Shown here piece by piece: positions 15,001 to 29,524 of a DNA stretch of 64,000 nucleotides; the stretch's first letter is position 1; every line of letters starts with the position of its first letter. The notes beneath the pieces are model-generated. The model searched no databases, was not told the origin of the DNA, and saw only the letters and a list, made by a program, of their open reading frames with translations. Both the position numbers and the translations under genes were made by a program. This stretch comes from Eledone cirrhosa (taxonomy: Eukaryota): contig OZ024742.1 of NCBI GenBank assembly GCA_964016885.1, positions 230,206,001 through 230,270,000 of the forward strand. The letters are read 5' to 3'.

Positions 15001-16408
15001 TCATGTAATTCCTGGTCAGTTGCTGGGTTAGGGATTTCAGCCGAAATGAAGCTGTCGATGGCATTTGAATTGATTTTATCAGCTAACCAAATCAAAATGT
15101 GAGCATGTGGCAGCCCTCGTTTTTGCCATTCGACGGTGAACATGTCACATTTTACAACCCCAAATACCTAATCTTTTTTATTAAAGCCATGAGTTTAGAC
15201 AATTTCAGTCTGAACACTCTGGCAATGAGGTCATGTCTGTTCGAATAATTTTGCCTAGGAAAAAGTTCACGAGTTACATTCCGATTCATATGTCTTTAGC
15301 ATTAATCTGTTATATGAAGTCTTATTTTGCGGGTTGTTATTTGCAATAAGCCGATTGAAAATGCCCCAGATAAGCCGTATGTCAATATGGAACGCTCCAC
15401 TGCAGTGTTGTCATATAGGGAGTGAAGAGCGTCAGAGAGAGTAAAGCAGTTAAATTATAGAGAGGGGGAATATACGGAACGCTCCATTTGATCATATACA
15501 TTGTTTCTCTCTCTGCAGTGTTATCATATAGGGAGTGAAGAGAGACAAAAAGAGTAAAACAGTTAAATTATAGAGAGGAATATACAGAACTCTCCAGTTG
15601 ATCATATACATTGTTTCTCGCTCTGCAGTATAGGGAGTGAAGAGCGACAGAGAGAGTAAAGCAGTTAAATTATAGAGAGGTCGTTTCTGTTACGTTTGTT
15701 GTTTTATAAATTCATCTGTAGCTTTTGAATATTTGTTATTTGATGTAAAATGTGTGTAAAATGTAACGTTGATAGATCAGTATGTATTTAGTGTTATCGG
15801 CTTTTTAAATTTTGATATTTGATGTATGAGTGTCGTTATGACTGTAGAGAGGGGGAATAATCTATTGTAGAGAGAGGGAAGAGCGACGGAGAGAGTAAAG
15901 CTATCGTTGTTGTGTTGCTTAGGTTTCAAAGTTTGTGTCGCGTTCCTTCAAAAGAAGTTTTGTCGTTCTAAATTGTAATGTTGATAAGGTAGTAGACGGA
16001 GGCAGTAACCTTTTAAAGAGAGTTGCAGAGGAGATTGAGGGGGGGGGGGGGTAGAGAGAGTGATGAACCTTTTAAAGAGAGTTGCAGAGGAGATTGAGAG
16101 TGGAGTAGAGGAAAATATGAACCTTTTAAAGAGAGTTGCAACATATATGTAGTTTCATATATTTTTTATGGTAGTAGTGAGAGGAATGAAGCATGTAAGA
16201 GAGAGGGTTACAACATGTATTTAGTTTTATCGATTCTTTCATAGAAGCAGGACATTTTTGGCAAAAATAATTACGTGTTGACCTGCCCTGGAAAATGTAG
16301 AGCACATTGGAAAAAGATTCATCAAAATCGGTAGAGAAATGTGGAAATGCATAAAAATCATACACACACACACAGACAGACATCTACCGTTTTATATATA
16401 TATATAGA
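12084..16408 (-). mobile_element. Helitron with both termini and a decayed, internally deleted RepHel
   Basis: Minus strand begins TCTATATATA... (about 16408) and ends with hairpin CCCGAGCAACGCCGGG followed by CTAG (12084-12087), between host A and T. Short tandem subrepeats lie at about 15398-15680 and 16007-16140. Confidence 0.9.
12393..15280 (-). pseudogene. Helitron RepHel (HUH Rep + PIF1-family helicase), fragmented
   Basis: Rep motif 2 VEWQKRGLPHAHILIW, motif 3 KSIKYICKYVNKG, Walker A DAPGGTGKT, GRTAHSTFKLP, Walker B IVWD followed by a stop, and QFPMRPCFAMSINKSQGQTL; split across several frames. Confidence 0.93.
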
Positions 16409-18251
16409 TAGATATATGGGTGTGTGTGTGTGTGTATATATATATATTTATATATATTTATATATATAGAGAGAGAGGGGTGAAAATAGATGTGTAATGC
16501 ATATGTGCAGACGTTTTTACGTTGCAGACACACACACACACACACACACGTAGGAATGTATGAAATATATACATCTATTTAACATTCAAATCATCATATT
16601 TATGCGAATCTGTGAGATTTTTCTCATTCTTAATAGAATTATTTTTACTGACGCATATTGTGGAATAGTTGTAAATTCGATTAAACGAGTAAAAGTAATT
16701 TACCTTTATCACACTGAAAGAAATGTCATTAGTTGCCGAGCTTTGATTTTTTCACGCATCCAGGTAATACCAGTGACTCTTCAATTGCACCAATCGACAT
16801 GTTCAATGAACAAGAATCGAGGAAGAATTAATGCTCTATCGCACCTCGTGTAAGTTTGCTCCGAGGTACATCATTTGCACTAATTATAATTACAAGGGCT
16901 GATTAGAAAGCATCATAAATCAGAATATGTTATTATTACATCTGTATATATCTAATGACATCAACGAAATATATATGACGCCCATGTGATATCTCTCTTC
17001 TTCCAACTAACATAATATTCATGATTATGAGATCTTTTATGTAATATTTAGTATAAGGAAGAACAAAGAGGATTTATAAACATAATAACCAATAAGTTGG
17101 GAACATTTCACCATATACGCCTGCTCAGCGCTTTAAATGTCATATTTGGCGAAACATTGAAATAATCTTTTCTAAAATGAAATAATTACATAGTCCAAGT
17201 CCACACATTGAGTTCTTTATTCGGTTTGCACGTGTATATATAAATAATATTATCGATATTTCTTTCAGCAATTAGTTACCCAGTGTCTGTCTGCTACGTA
17301 ACCCTGGGGGAAGACCTCATCATACCATACCCTACTTCATTTATTACTACATTCACGAGGATGCCAAGTCAAACGTTTGATTGACCGAACCACTGAATGC
17401 TCCTCGACGAGACTGATGGAGGAGGCATCATTACCTTCCCTAATAGTGTCCTTGTGGCACTTAAAACCAGCATTACCATAAAGAAACACTCAGCCACACT
17501 AATATACTTCCGCATAACATTTTCCGTTTGCAAATATAAACACCGCTTTTATATAACTTTCTATCGTGTCATTCTTTTTTCCTCCTTGCCTTACAAATGA
17601 TAATTGTTTTGAGTTTCCTTGTTCTTTAAATACACATCAACATTAGTATTCTTACATAACCGAACACACACACATGTAAGAGTAGATGTAAGAGATGCTT
17701 GCTTTAACATATTTGAAAAAAAAAAAAAAGTATTTATGATGACATTGTGTGTCAGCACACTTATATTCACATTCTATATCCGCTCAAGCAAAGCCTTTGC
17801 TCACTTAAATATTCATTTATGACATTCAGAAAATATCACAAAAAAACAAATTTTAAACAACGTCAAAATCTTTAAAAAAAGAAACTACTAAAATGACAGA
17901 AGCAACATTTATATGAAACAAAACATAATGTCAAAGCTAAACTGAAGTATATCTATGTCTATAACATACCATAAACAGTTTTCGAATCAAAATGGGGTGT
18001 CACTGAAATATGTATGCAATGAATAATAACAAAAAGAAAAAAAAAACTCGAGGCCATGAAGACAAACAAATAAGTCAAACATGTAGCGGTATTATTCTTT
18101 TTAATATGTTAAGTTTAGAGGATGATGCTAAATTTATTAGAAATTCTGTGCTGGACTTAAATTACTTCCCATCATGGAATATAAACAAACGGAAAACTCA
18201 CTCTTATCTACACAGAGTTATTCTCAATAGGGCTACACACACACACACACA

Positions 18252-18332
<81 letters not shown>

Positions 18333-18497
18333 ATATATATATATATGAGTTTGTGTGTGTGTGTGATTGTATATATATAATAGAGAGAGAGAGAGAGAGA
18401 GAGAGAGTGAGTGAGAGAGAGAAAGAATGAGAGAGATACATATACATAAGTGTGGTCGCACAAACAGCCATTTCCACTCTACTTAGAATATCATGAC

Positions 18498-18610
<113 letters not shown>

Positions 18611-18814
18611 TTTTTTGTCCTAAAAGCTTTCTTTCGCTAAATAACGTAGACGTTTCAAATATTTATTATTTTATAATGGACAGCCCTAGAAAACTATCGT
18701 TTATAATCGATGAAGGTCGAATGCAATTTGCCTACACACATACATATACCCACTCACTTTCCCACACACACATATATATATATATGTATGTGTATATGTA
18801 TGTATATATATGTG

Positions 18815-19011
<197 letters not shown>

Positions 19012-19622
19012 TGTATGATATATACACACATTTATATATATATATAAATAGAGAAAGAAAAAGGATTATAGAGAGGAATAAAGAATGTCAGAGAAATAGA
19101 ATAACTATTAGGAAGGAGAACGTAACTGAACGAACGCAACAGCAATATCGAATTATTACCTCCCTTTGTCACCATTCCTCAAAGGAACATTGCTAGAAGT
19201 GTCTACACATATAGAGTGCCATGACAAGCATCATTAAGCCCAGCATTCATAGAGAAGTGGAATTTGGTTTTACTTTCCTTATCATAACATCATCATGTTT
19301 AACAACGTCATCAGGTATTCGTCATTATCGTTATTCTCCTCATTGTCATCATCGTTGCCATTAATTTCATCGGTGTAACGAAGACACCACTATGCGCCCG
19401 TCGTTCGATATGCTAAAATCAGCTGTTTAATGAAATTCAAGCTATTCTACCGCCTTAAATTCTGTTTGAAATTTAAAAAGCACATCATCATTATCATCAT
19501 TATCATCATCACCATCGACATCATATTCACTTTTTGGGGGCTTTTTAAAAAAAAAGTATTTACATACATGCATACATACACACACATACATTCATATACA
19601 TATATATGTGTGTATATATATA

Positions 19623-19701
<79 letters not shown>

Positions 19702-20112
19702 GTATATATATATACACATATGTATATAAATAGGTCAATAAAACTACTGAGTAAAACTATATTATAAAGAGCTTATTTATACAAATTATATTAAGGTGTA
19801 ATTATGTATCGTATCTTAAAAGTAAACATTGCAAGAAAAATACATTTTAAAAGAAAAATAATATAATTTGACCTACAAACATTTCCTTATGCGGTACTGT
19901 TTCATTCGATATAGAAGATTACTAATTAGATAATTAACCAGTAATTACGACGTCAAAATCACCAGTAAGCTTTGTCTTACACTTTTTACAAGAATAATCC
20001 AAGTGAAATTAACCTCTGTTGTCCAGACAGAAAAACATAAAGTAAAAGAAAGCCGGATTCCAATATATTTCTTTAATGTTTACATTATTCGTATTCAGCC
20101 ATGTAGAGCGAT

Positions 20113-20490
20113 AACTAGTTGTTAGTTATTTGAATATGCTAAAGACGGCCATTAATCGCTTGTATACATGAAACTGCTGATATGCAAATCTGACTGATCA
20201 GTGGGTCTGCTAATATGCAGATCTGAATGATCAGTCAATCTACTAATATGCAAATCAGGCCCATCAGTTACTGTATATTCTAGAACATATATATTTTTAC
20301 TAGCTCTGACAGTTGGTAGGTAAGCAGTGAACTGCACTGACGAGGAGTAATACCCCAGAAACATTAGTATCTGCAGTTCTATTGGCATGCCAACACAAGA
20401 GCAAGAATGAGGGGCTCAGTCTACCGACATGGCTTATAAAAGAGGCTGTATACATAATTGCAAACGAATCGAAAAATATTATTAATATAC
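20113..20490 (+). mobile_element. Dispersed repeat family D with degenerate hammerhead and ~30-bp internal subrepeats
   Basis: Diverged reverse-complement copy at about 38910-39272. GAACUGCA-CUGACGA...GAAA-CAUUAGUAUC-UGCAGUUC at 20329-20379. Three ATATGCA(A/G)ATC subrepeats. Confidence 0.65.
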
Positions 20491-21116
20491 GAAAATCTCA
20501 GCTTACATTCTTTAATGTTGCATAAACATAAAATAATATTTTCATTGTCATTATATTTCTCATTTATCTCCTCATCGCAACTATCCCTACATTTGTTTAT
20601 ATGTGGTTTCATTGCGGAGTAATGCGAAGGTATCGCTATCTGATTAATGGACACACTCCAAAATCATGTTCTTTCGAGTTGACTAACAAAGACTGGCATC
20701 ATTGGGAAACGTCTTCTACTATAGCGTCAGGTGAACCACTCCATATGAGTGAAAATGTGGAGCCAGAATGTTTACAGGAGCCTGTATGTATGTATGTATG
20801 TATGTATGTATGTATGTATGTATGTATGTATGTATGTATGTATGTATGTATGTGTGATATATATATATATACATATATACATAGATATACAATACATATA
20901 TATATATATTTGTTTTGCAAGGTTTTTGATACGAAATCGTGTGTTGTAACACACATTGTTATACTTAGAGAGTGTCATATTTTTAACTATGGTGAGATAA
21001 AAGATACAGAAGCGAAAACCAACCCAAACCAAATAGTGAGTGTGTTCTGTTATTATTTCTAGCAATATTATAACAATATAGCCCTCCACAATATAACAAT
21101 ATATATATATATATAC

Positions 21117-21148
<32 letters not shown>

Positions 21149-21154
<6 letters not shown>

Positions 21155-21425
21155 GTGAGGTTTTTTTTACAAAATGAAAAATAACCGAGGTGTCCTACAC
21201 GAGTGAAAGTATAAAGAAAAAGAGATGAAATCGAAAATGCAACTGGAGTCTTATTTTTAAAAAAATTATATATATATTTATTTGGTTCCTTTACCGGTTA
21301 CGCAGTTCTTCTGCTTTTCAAAAGCAGAAGAACTGCGAAACCGGTAAAGGAACCAAATAAATATATATATATATTTTTTAAAAATAAGACTCCAGTTGCA
21401 TTTTCGATTTCATCTCTTTTTCTAT
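21149..21425. mobile_element. Fold-back element family E, copy 1
   Basis: ~100-bp arms centred on 21319, a unique left extension and (TA)n flanks. Same family as 55007-55378. Confidence 0.9.
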
Positions 21426-21456
21426 ATATATATATATAGTTTTGTAACGGAATTAC

Positions 21457-21487
<31 letters not shown>

Positions 21488-21795
21488 GGGTGGGGAGAGA
21501 GAGAATAAAATATACGGGCGAAGACAGGAAAATGAACAAATATATACACAGATATATAAATATACATTATAGGAAAATAATGGAATCTGACATTCTTTTT
21601 TTAGTGAAGTATTTAATTCTGTTCCTGAACCAGTCACGAGATACCACATTTCTGACGGATGATATGCATAACGTCGAGCGCTGTTTTCTAATTGCATTAT
21701 AATCTTCCAATCGGAATGAGTAGATATACCCATTTAATAAACCATCGAACATAAACATTCAAAAAATTATATATTATATATATATAAATGCCCAT

Positions 21796-23764
21796 ATGGT
21801 GATGTGGACGAATATAATGCAGCCCAACAAAAGGACTGCCAACAACTTCCAGGCCTGGAACAATGACGTGCCGGCATTGTATGGGCTTCGAAAAGACCAT
21901 AAAACGGGCAGTGACCCTGTCACGGGACCACCAACACGGCCAGTCTGTGGAGCTAACATTGCTAGTAACTACAGACTGTCCTACTTCCTCTCCCTGATTA
22001 TACACCCCATCATTGAAATGTCCCCAGATGTATGTGACAGCAAGGAGGACCTCCTCAGCAGAATCGGCGAGAGTAACCGATCTGGGGACCTAACAAACTG
22101 CATAATAGGTAGTATGGATGTTGTGTCCCTGTATCCATCTATTGACGTGGATTTTGCTGTGGAGAAATGCGTAGAAATGATCAGTGAAAGCAATGTTGAG
22201 TTCCATGGGATTGATACCAGTGAACTGGGACTCCTACTTAAACTTACCTATAGTAATAATTACCTAGACACATATCACCTTAGCAACCTGTGCCCTACAA
22301 GACAAGCAAGAGGCAGACCACCCACCATTACCTCAATGGCCAAGAAAACCCACACAGATAGATGGAACGGGGGACAAGAGCCATACGGACACCCGAAAAC
22401 CACGATGAACTGAAGAAAATGATTGCACATGCGGTGGGGGCCAGCATAAAACTAACCCTTAAGGAACATATGTTCAAATTTAATGGAAAAAAAAAGGCCC
22501 AAGAGGAAGGAGCTGCCATTGGTGTTAGCATTGCAGGCGACATAGCTAACCTATTCATGGTATGGTGGACAGTAGACTTAAACTTAAACTTAAAGAACAA
22601 TTAGAAGACCCCTTAACCCTGATAACGCACTCCCGCTACGTTGATGATATAAACATCGTAGTTAAGACACCTCCACTAGAGAACAGCCAGGAACTATCGA
22701 AAAACACAATGGAAAGCATCCAGCAAATAACTAACCCCATCCACCAGAGTATTAGAGTTACTATAGACTACCCAAGTAAACACCCCAACCATCGATTACC
22801 TGTACTAGACACAGAGCTCTGGTTAGATACCATTAATAACAAAAAACAAATCCTCCATTCCCACTATGCCAAACCCATGACTTCCAAACATCTGATCCAC
22901 CGAAACTCAGCTGTTTCGGACCATATCAAAATCAACATACTGATTGCGGATTTGGTACGGGTGATGAGAAACGTGTCCCGCATGTGCAACCCCGAAGAAC
23001 TAGAGAGACACATACAACACTTCATCCACCGTATGCAGTTCTCTGGTTACAATCAGAGAGATAAAATCAGAGTATATAGAGGAGCCAGAACCAAATGGGA
23101 AAAAATGGTAAATAATGACACAAATGGGACCTGCCCCTTGTATAGGAGCAAATTTTGGAATAGAATAGAAAGAACTCAGAATAAGGCTAATAGAATAAAC
23201 TCATGGTATGATAGCAATAAATAACAGAGTGTAATGTTCATCGATACAACCCCTAGAGGTAAATTAGCTTACAAATTTAGAAGGGCCCTAGATAAACATA
23301 AACTCAATATTAAGATAGTAGAAAGACCAGGTACCTCCGTAAAAACACTTATTAGCAAGACATACCCTTTTCAAAGACCCCCCTGTATAGATAAGAAATG
23401 TATAACCTGTAAAATAAGCCCTCATATTAACTGTAAAACTAGAAATGTAGTATATAGCATAAGATGTACTGAAGGACAATGTAGAGACAAAAATATAGTG
23501 TACATAGGTGAGACAGCTCGTAGTATAGGGGAACGGATAAATGAACACTGGCGAGACCTTCAAGATAGTAAAGAATCATCTGTACTCTACCAACATGCTA
23601 AAATAAAACATAAGGTTAAATTAGAGAACATAGAAATAAAAATAGAATCTACACACAGAAAAGACGCAATGTTTAGACAAATCACAGAGGCAATAAACAT
23701 ATATAAACTCTAACCAAAATTAAATAGAAAACATGAATGGAATAGCAACATCACAGCTTACAAT
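21796..23764 (+). pseudogene. PLE reverse transcriptase/GIY-YIG endonuclease ORF, broken
   Basis: ORFs 21796-22413, 22362-22604, 22562-23224 and 23234-23713 are consecutive pieces of one protein. Confidence 0.9.
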
Positions 23765-23968
23765 TAAGGACAAAATGAAACCACATACGCACATAGAACA
23801 AACAACCAACCGGTAACATGTAAATAAACAAATAAATAAACGAATATAAACACACACAGACACCCGGATGTGGCGCATGCGCAGACTGAGCATACAACAC
23901 ACACACAGAAACAAAATGGCGTAGGACAGCTCAAAGGAGAGGCACAAAAACAAAGAAAAGAATCCCCA

Positions 23969-24011
23969 GTCACTGAAGAGGTCACAGAATGTGTGACGAA
24001 AGAACTTTGAC
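23969..24011 (+). ncRNA. Minimal hammerhead motif in the Penelope A pseudo-LTR
   Basis: GUCA-CUGAAGA-G-GUCACA/GAAUG/UGUGAC-GAAA-GAAC-UU^-UGAC. Mutated homologues at about 32276-32318 (+) and 30277-30318 (-). Confidence 0.65.
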
Positions 24012-25485
24012 AATATATAAACAACTATCTGGTTGTGGAACGAACCAACCTGAAATTTATAAATTCCTAAATTTACAAATTTATAATAAATTGAAGTGAA
24101 ACAATTGGTGCGTGTGTTTCTTATTGGCAATATGACCCTCCCAAAGTATAACAATATATACATATATAACAATATATATAAAGAGTAAAATGCGAGTTTG
24201 TAGATGTTAGAATATTTTATTAATTGAGCCGTTTTATACATATTTCCATGAAAATAGATGTGATTTCTTCAGACAGCAACATTGAGTAAGAGGCAAATAT
24301 GGGTGGAAGGGAGCGGACTAAAAAATTGTATGTTTTTTGCTTTGGATGTCCACTCCCTTCTAACTTTCAGAACCTCCTGGCAGCTCTACCCAGACGCAGA
24401 GGTGTGGGTGGCTGACCACTCAACTACCAACAACAATACTACAAACCTTATATGTTCTCTCTAGCTACCAGTTACCCACCATCTAAGCCGATAACACTAT
24501 ACTGTCAGTGGGAGCTCAATTCAGCCAAATTTGTTTACTGCTAATTTTGGTGTCCAGCAGAATTTCAGTGCATGCGTACCCACTATCCGTTTATGGCAGG
24601 ATAATATGCAGCCCATCAACCCTAAAGTGAGAAAGTTACCTAATGCTATGGTTAATATAACTTATTATAGAAAATATTCTCGATTTCACGACACGAAAAC
24701 CCAAACATTTCTAAATTACAGATGTTTAAGTTTAGAAGTCCAGAAAATTAAACAACTATCAATATACTAAGAATAATATCAAACTAGCTAAAGTGTATAT
24801 TCGTGTTAGAAATTGGGTTCAGAACTGGATATTAATTTGTTATGACTCCCCACTGGAAAAACTGGCCTCTTATCGAGAATGACAGGCAAAATTTAAAGTA
24901 TCAAATGTAAAAATCAGATACTCATACAGTTGGTAGCCCCTTCAATCCGACAGAGACAAGATTTAAGGAAAAATATAAGAAATGACACAAACGAGTAAGG
25001 ATAAACGGGAAAAAGGAATTATAAAAGAAAATAAAAGAAAAAGTATGTGAGAAATATCTGACTGCGGACGAGTTATAAAGAGTCAGTTATATTCACAGTT
25101 CTTCGGGTGTTTTGGTCTGTGCAGTTGCAGCCGGGTGAATTTCACAGGCTGTCGGTGGATATATGAGGCAGGAGGTCTCATTTCCAGGCTTTGGTTCAAG
25201 ATAAAGGTGTTGAATTAAAAATAAGAGGTAGTTGTTGCATTTGGTTCTCTCATTAATCCTGTCAAACGTTGTTCCATAGTAAATATCCTTCAACCGTTAG
25301 AGGTGTCCAACAGTTGGAGTATTTCTAGGTAAAGTTTACCTTACTTCATCAGATTGGATTGTATCAAAAAGCGCTCAACGCGGGGAGCTAATATATATAT
25401 AATATATATATATGTGTGTGTGTGTGCGTGTGTGTGTATGTAAGTGTGTATGTGTGTGGGTATGTGTGCGTGTGCGTGTATATGT

Positions 25486-25573
<88 letters not shown>

Positions 25574-26049
25574 CCCGTTTATTGTTTATCTTAGTGGCTC
25601 GACATAAAGAGATTGTAAAATAAATATCAGAGACGAAAAAAATAAAATAGTCGTGAAGTCAATATGATCGACTACCTCCCCTTTAAGTCGGCGCTCCTTT
25701 TCCGCCGATGTGTAATGAAGAAAACTGAAAAAAAATAAAGGTATATATAATTGTTCATATTTATGTCACTGCGTGTATCACGTTTTCCTCTGCATATTTA
25801 TAGAATACTTCATTTCTTTGACCGATGTCGTCCTTAAAGTAAGCGACCAACACTCGTATTATATCATAACTAGACTAAAACCAATATCTATTACGTCAAC
25901 TTAGTCATCAATATTATATAAAATGCTGTCTTTGGCTCTTGGGTTAAATATCAGTTCCGTTTATTTATTTACGATGCCACATGCGAGTAATGGTAACTAT
26001 GTTGATGATCTTGGTCCAAGATCTCTTATTATCATTTTCCAAGATATTC

Positions 26050-26650
26050 AGGGGGATGGATTGCCAGTAGTGGTAGAGCGTCTAAAACCATGCTTTGCAG
26101 CATAAAGTTAAGGCCCTTTACGTTCAGATTTCAACTCTACCGAGGTTAGCTTGGCCTGTCATCCTTCAAGAGTTGATAAAATAAAGTACTAATAATTGTT
26201 TCTACATTTGGCACAAGGCCAGCAAAAACCAGTGCATTACTGGTACTTTATTTTATCTACTCTGTAAGGATGAAAGGCAAAGTTAACCTCGGCGGGATTT
26301 GAACTCAGAATTGCAAGGGCCGTATCTCTATGCGTCAATACATGGTGTCCGACGCTCTACTGATACTGCCAATCCAAATAATGCACTGTAGTCAATTGAA
26401 TCGACATTCCCCTCCCCACAATATTATTGACCTTGTGCCTAATGAGAAATCATTATTTTGCAGGTGGATTAGCAGTAGTGGTAGAGCGTCAGACACCATG
26501 CTTTGTGGCATATAGTTATGGCCCTTTACGTTCTGAGTTCAAATCCTACCGAGGTTAACTTTGCCTTTCATCCTTAGAGGGACGATAAAATAAAGCACCA
26601 GTAATACAATGAGGTAATTGCTGGCCTTGTGCCAACAGTAGAAACAATTA
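26050..26650. mobile_element. Cluster of three tRNA-derived SINEs, one nested in reverse orientation
   Basis: A plus copy 26050-26191 resumes at about 26375-26455, interrupted by a minus copy about 26192-26374. A third plus copy about 26463-26646 is flanked by duplicated attattttgca. Confidence 0.85.
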
Positions 26651-26696
26651 TTTTGCAAGTTATTGAGCATAATTACTTTGTTTCTAGTCACGGTTA

Positions 26697-27326
26697 TCTA
26701 TATATTTAAAACGGAGAATATCTGTCTGTCTGTCTGACTCCCTAAAACTCGAGAACCACCCAACCGATTGTTTTCAAACTTTACACATGTAATACATTAT
26801 GGTTCTGTGAGTGTTTTGAGCTAAAAAAGTTTCAAATGTTCAATGCCCTGGGGACCGCATTAGGCGATTTAGCGATCTCTCTCTATAATTCTTAGTCTTT
26901 CCATTTAGATAGATACATAGATATAACGTTGTGCCTTTATAATATCTGTCTGTATGTCTGGATGTCTGCATTACGACATTATGACGTCGCTATATGTGTG
27001 TATATATATATATATATAGTGTGTGTATACATATATATAGTGTGTAACATTTTTCGAAATATTTACTTCTGGGCTCACAGATTGATTTTTTTAGTTTCAG
27101 AAGATCCCGTTAAGGGTGAAAGCAGCGATTCTTTGCTTAAACTTTAATCTGTTATTTTAATATATATATATATATAATTATATATTTGTGTACAAGTAAT
27201 TTTGCATACACAATAACAAAATATAAACAAACGTATTTATTTCACGTGGCTAGATAAGGATAAATATATATCAAATATATAAGAACCCTAGAGCAAATCA
27301 AAAGCAACGCTGGGTCATTCTGCTAG
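26697..27326 (+). mobile_element. Non-autonomous Helitron
   Basis: A|TCTATATATTTAAAACGG...GCAACGCTGGG...TGCTAG|T; both termini resemble those of the 12084-16408 element; no ORF. Confidence 0.85.
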
Positions 27327-27552
27327 TATGTATCTTTTTCTCTAGTGCGTCTTTTTAAACATGTCGTTATTCGTTGCGGCTTATTGAGCTCTAAGTTCAA
27401 ATCCCACTGAGGTTAATTTTGCATTTCATCCATTCGAGGGTAAATACAGGGATTGGCTCTTCATTTACTAACACGAAGAACAATTTGCCTTTGTTCGTGC
27501 CTGGAGAGGGACGGGTTCTGCCATATGTAAAATTTCCAATACCACCGTTTGT

Positions 27553-27730
27553 CAGTGTCGGTAGAGGGTCGGACGCCATGCTTTCATGCATAGAGTTACG
27601 GCCCTTGCCATTCTGAGTTCAAATCCCGCCGAGGTTAACTTTGCATTTTATCCTTACGGGGTCAATCAAATAAAGTACCAGTAATGCACTGGGTTTTTGC
27701 TGATCTTGTGCCAAAAGTAGAAACAATTAT
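27553..27730 (+). mobile_element. tRNA-derived SINE (5'-clipped); another fragment at about 27380-27450
   Basis: B-box-like GAGTTCAAATCCC, core catttt.atccttacggggtc, and tail gtgccaaaagtagaaacaattat. Confidence 0.85.
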
Positions 27731-27949
27731 TTTCTTACAAAGAACTCTTCCCTTCATTTCTTCTGTTATGAGATTTATTTTTGTATTCTTCATTTTGTTG
27801 TTGATATCGATGTTTAGACACGCGTCAGTTCCATTTCACAATTGCTAATCTCCACAATCAAACAATGTATCGATGACTAAATCATCAACTTAAAGATATT
27901 CCAGCCTTCAGTATACACTAGTTTTTCAGATAATATCTAATTGGTCCAT

Positions 27950-28500
27950 TTTAAAGATGTTTTTCTTTCATTTGCGAACAATTCCGCTGCTCCCTTTTAC
28001 AGACTTTTTGTCTTATCTAGTCATATTTATAGAGAGCATATGATGTTTCTTATATTCGAATCACATTATAAATCCCAGATTGATGCATACTGCTCCAGCC
28101 TGGCCACAGTTTAATGATTGAAGCAAATGAAAGAATAGAAGCATTTAATTAACTTCTTTTTATCTCAATTTTGTCATATATTTTCACATTTCGGTCCCCA
28201 TGGTTATAAAATGTTTCCTGTAATGTTCAATATAGGTTAGCATCCTTAGAGCTAGAATCCAACCTATGATGACTCACTAATTTCTAGTATATTTCTTTAT
28301 TGTATTCTATCATATATAGATTGTCTCCAACATCTATCAGATATACGTTGTCATCAGCATTATATAAAATTTTTCATTGATCCCTGATAAAATTATCATT
28401 TCAGTGCAGTTATGATAACCCATTATCACATGCTATCTATGGTGATGTTATTCTATCAAGTCTTCTTATCTTACAGATTATAGAGTATATTCATTTTGCT
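27950..28500 (-). mobile_element. Very old LINE RT remnant
   Basis: The minus strand reads ADDNVYL near 28340-28360; otherwise heavily decayed. Confidence 0.3.
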
Positions 28501-28522
28501 CCTAGTCACAGTTGACTGGGTG

Positions 28523-28605
<83 letters not shown>

Positions 28606-29492
28606 GAGAGATATACACTGTATATCTCTGTAGCAGTTAGAAGAAGTAGTAGCTTTTTTTGTCAGCATATTTCACTCCTCAATACAATGTTGTTTTTTTG
28701 TAACAGTCAATAAGCATGAAATAGCTGTTGATGTTTTGGATCACATCAGCAGCCAGTTTAACAATGGATTAACAGAAAGCGTAACGCAATTGTTGATGGT
28801 TGTAGTTGTGGTGGCGGCTGTGGTGGTGGTGGTGGTGGTGGGAGGTGGATGCGATAGAAAACGAAATCTTTAGAAGGTTGACTGAAGTTGTAAAGCAACA
28901 TATTTATATATATATTATAGATTATGATATATACAAAAAGTTATGAAACGAAAGGAGCTGTGTGGTTACTAAAAACAAGGTTTAGGATGGTGGTTAGGAC
29001 GGAACAGGAGGAGAAAGGAAGAAAGGAGGTTCGATCGTCAGCTGTAAATGTTTACCGGACCGATGTTTCGGCGCTGAATTACAGGACATCGGTGTAGCTC
29101 GGGTGCGCCCGAGGCCTTTTATTAATCAAAAGGCCAGGTGGGAAAGGAGAGAGAAAGAGAGAAAAAAACGGGGAGAAAAAAGGAGAGAGAAAAGGAAAGA
29201 GAGGGAAAGGAGGAAGAACAGGGGGGGAAAAGAAGGGGGAAAATAGGAAAGGAATAGGAGAAAAAAGTGTACAGGTCCCATCGTGGGAAGACACAGGTGA
29301 AAGAAACATGCACAAAAGTAACCGTGGAAAACTAGGGAAAGTAAGTTGTGGCCAACCTGGGAGACTTTAGCCTGGGGGTCAGCTACGACTCAGAGCTGGT
29401 ATAATCGTGCTGCCTCTCACATAGATAGGAGAAAGTGAGAGAGAGACACGAGCAACCAAAAGTGAGGAGAAGGGAAAGGAGATAATCCAGAA

Positions 29493-29524
<32 letters not shown>

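Larger units (their letters stand above)
21787..24152 (+). mobile_element. Penelope-like retroelement family A, copy 1 (5'-truncated; RT + C-terminal GIY-YIG + 3' pseudo-LTR)
   Basis: PALYGLRKDHK, RPVCGA, SMDVVSLYPSI, QEEGAAIG, SRYVDDI, then NVVYSIRC...YIGETARSIGERINEH. TA-rich flanks. Confidence 0.92.
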
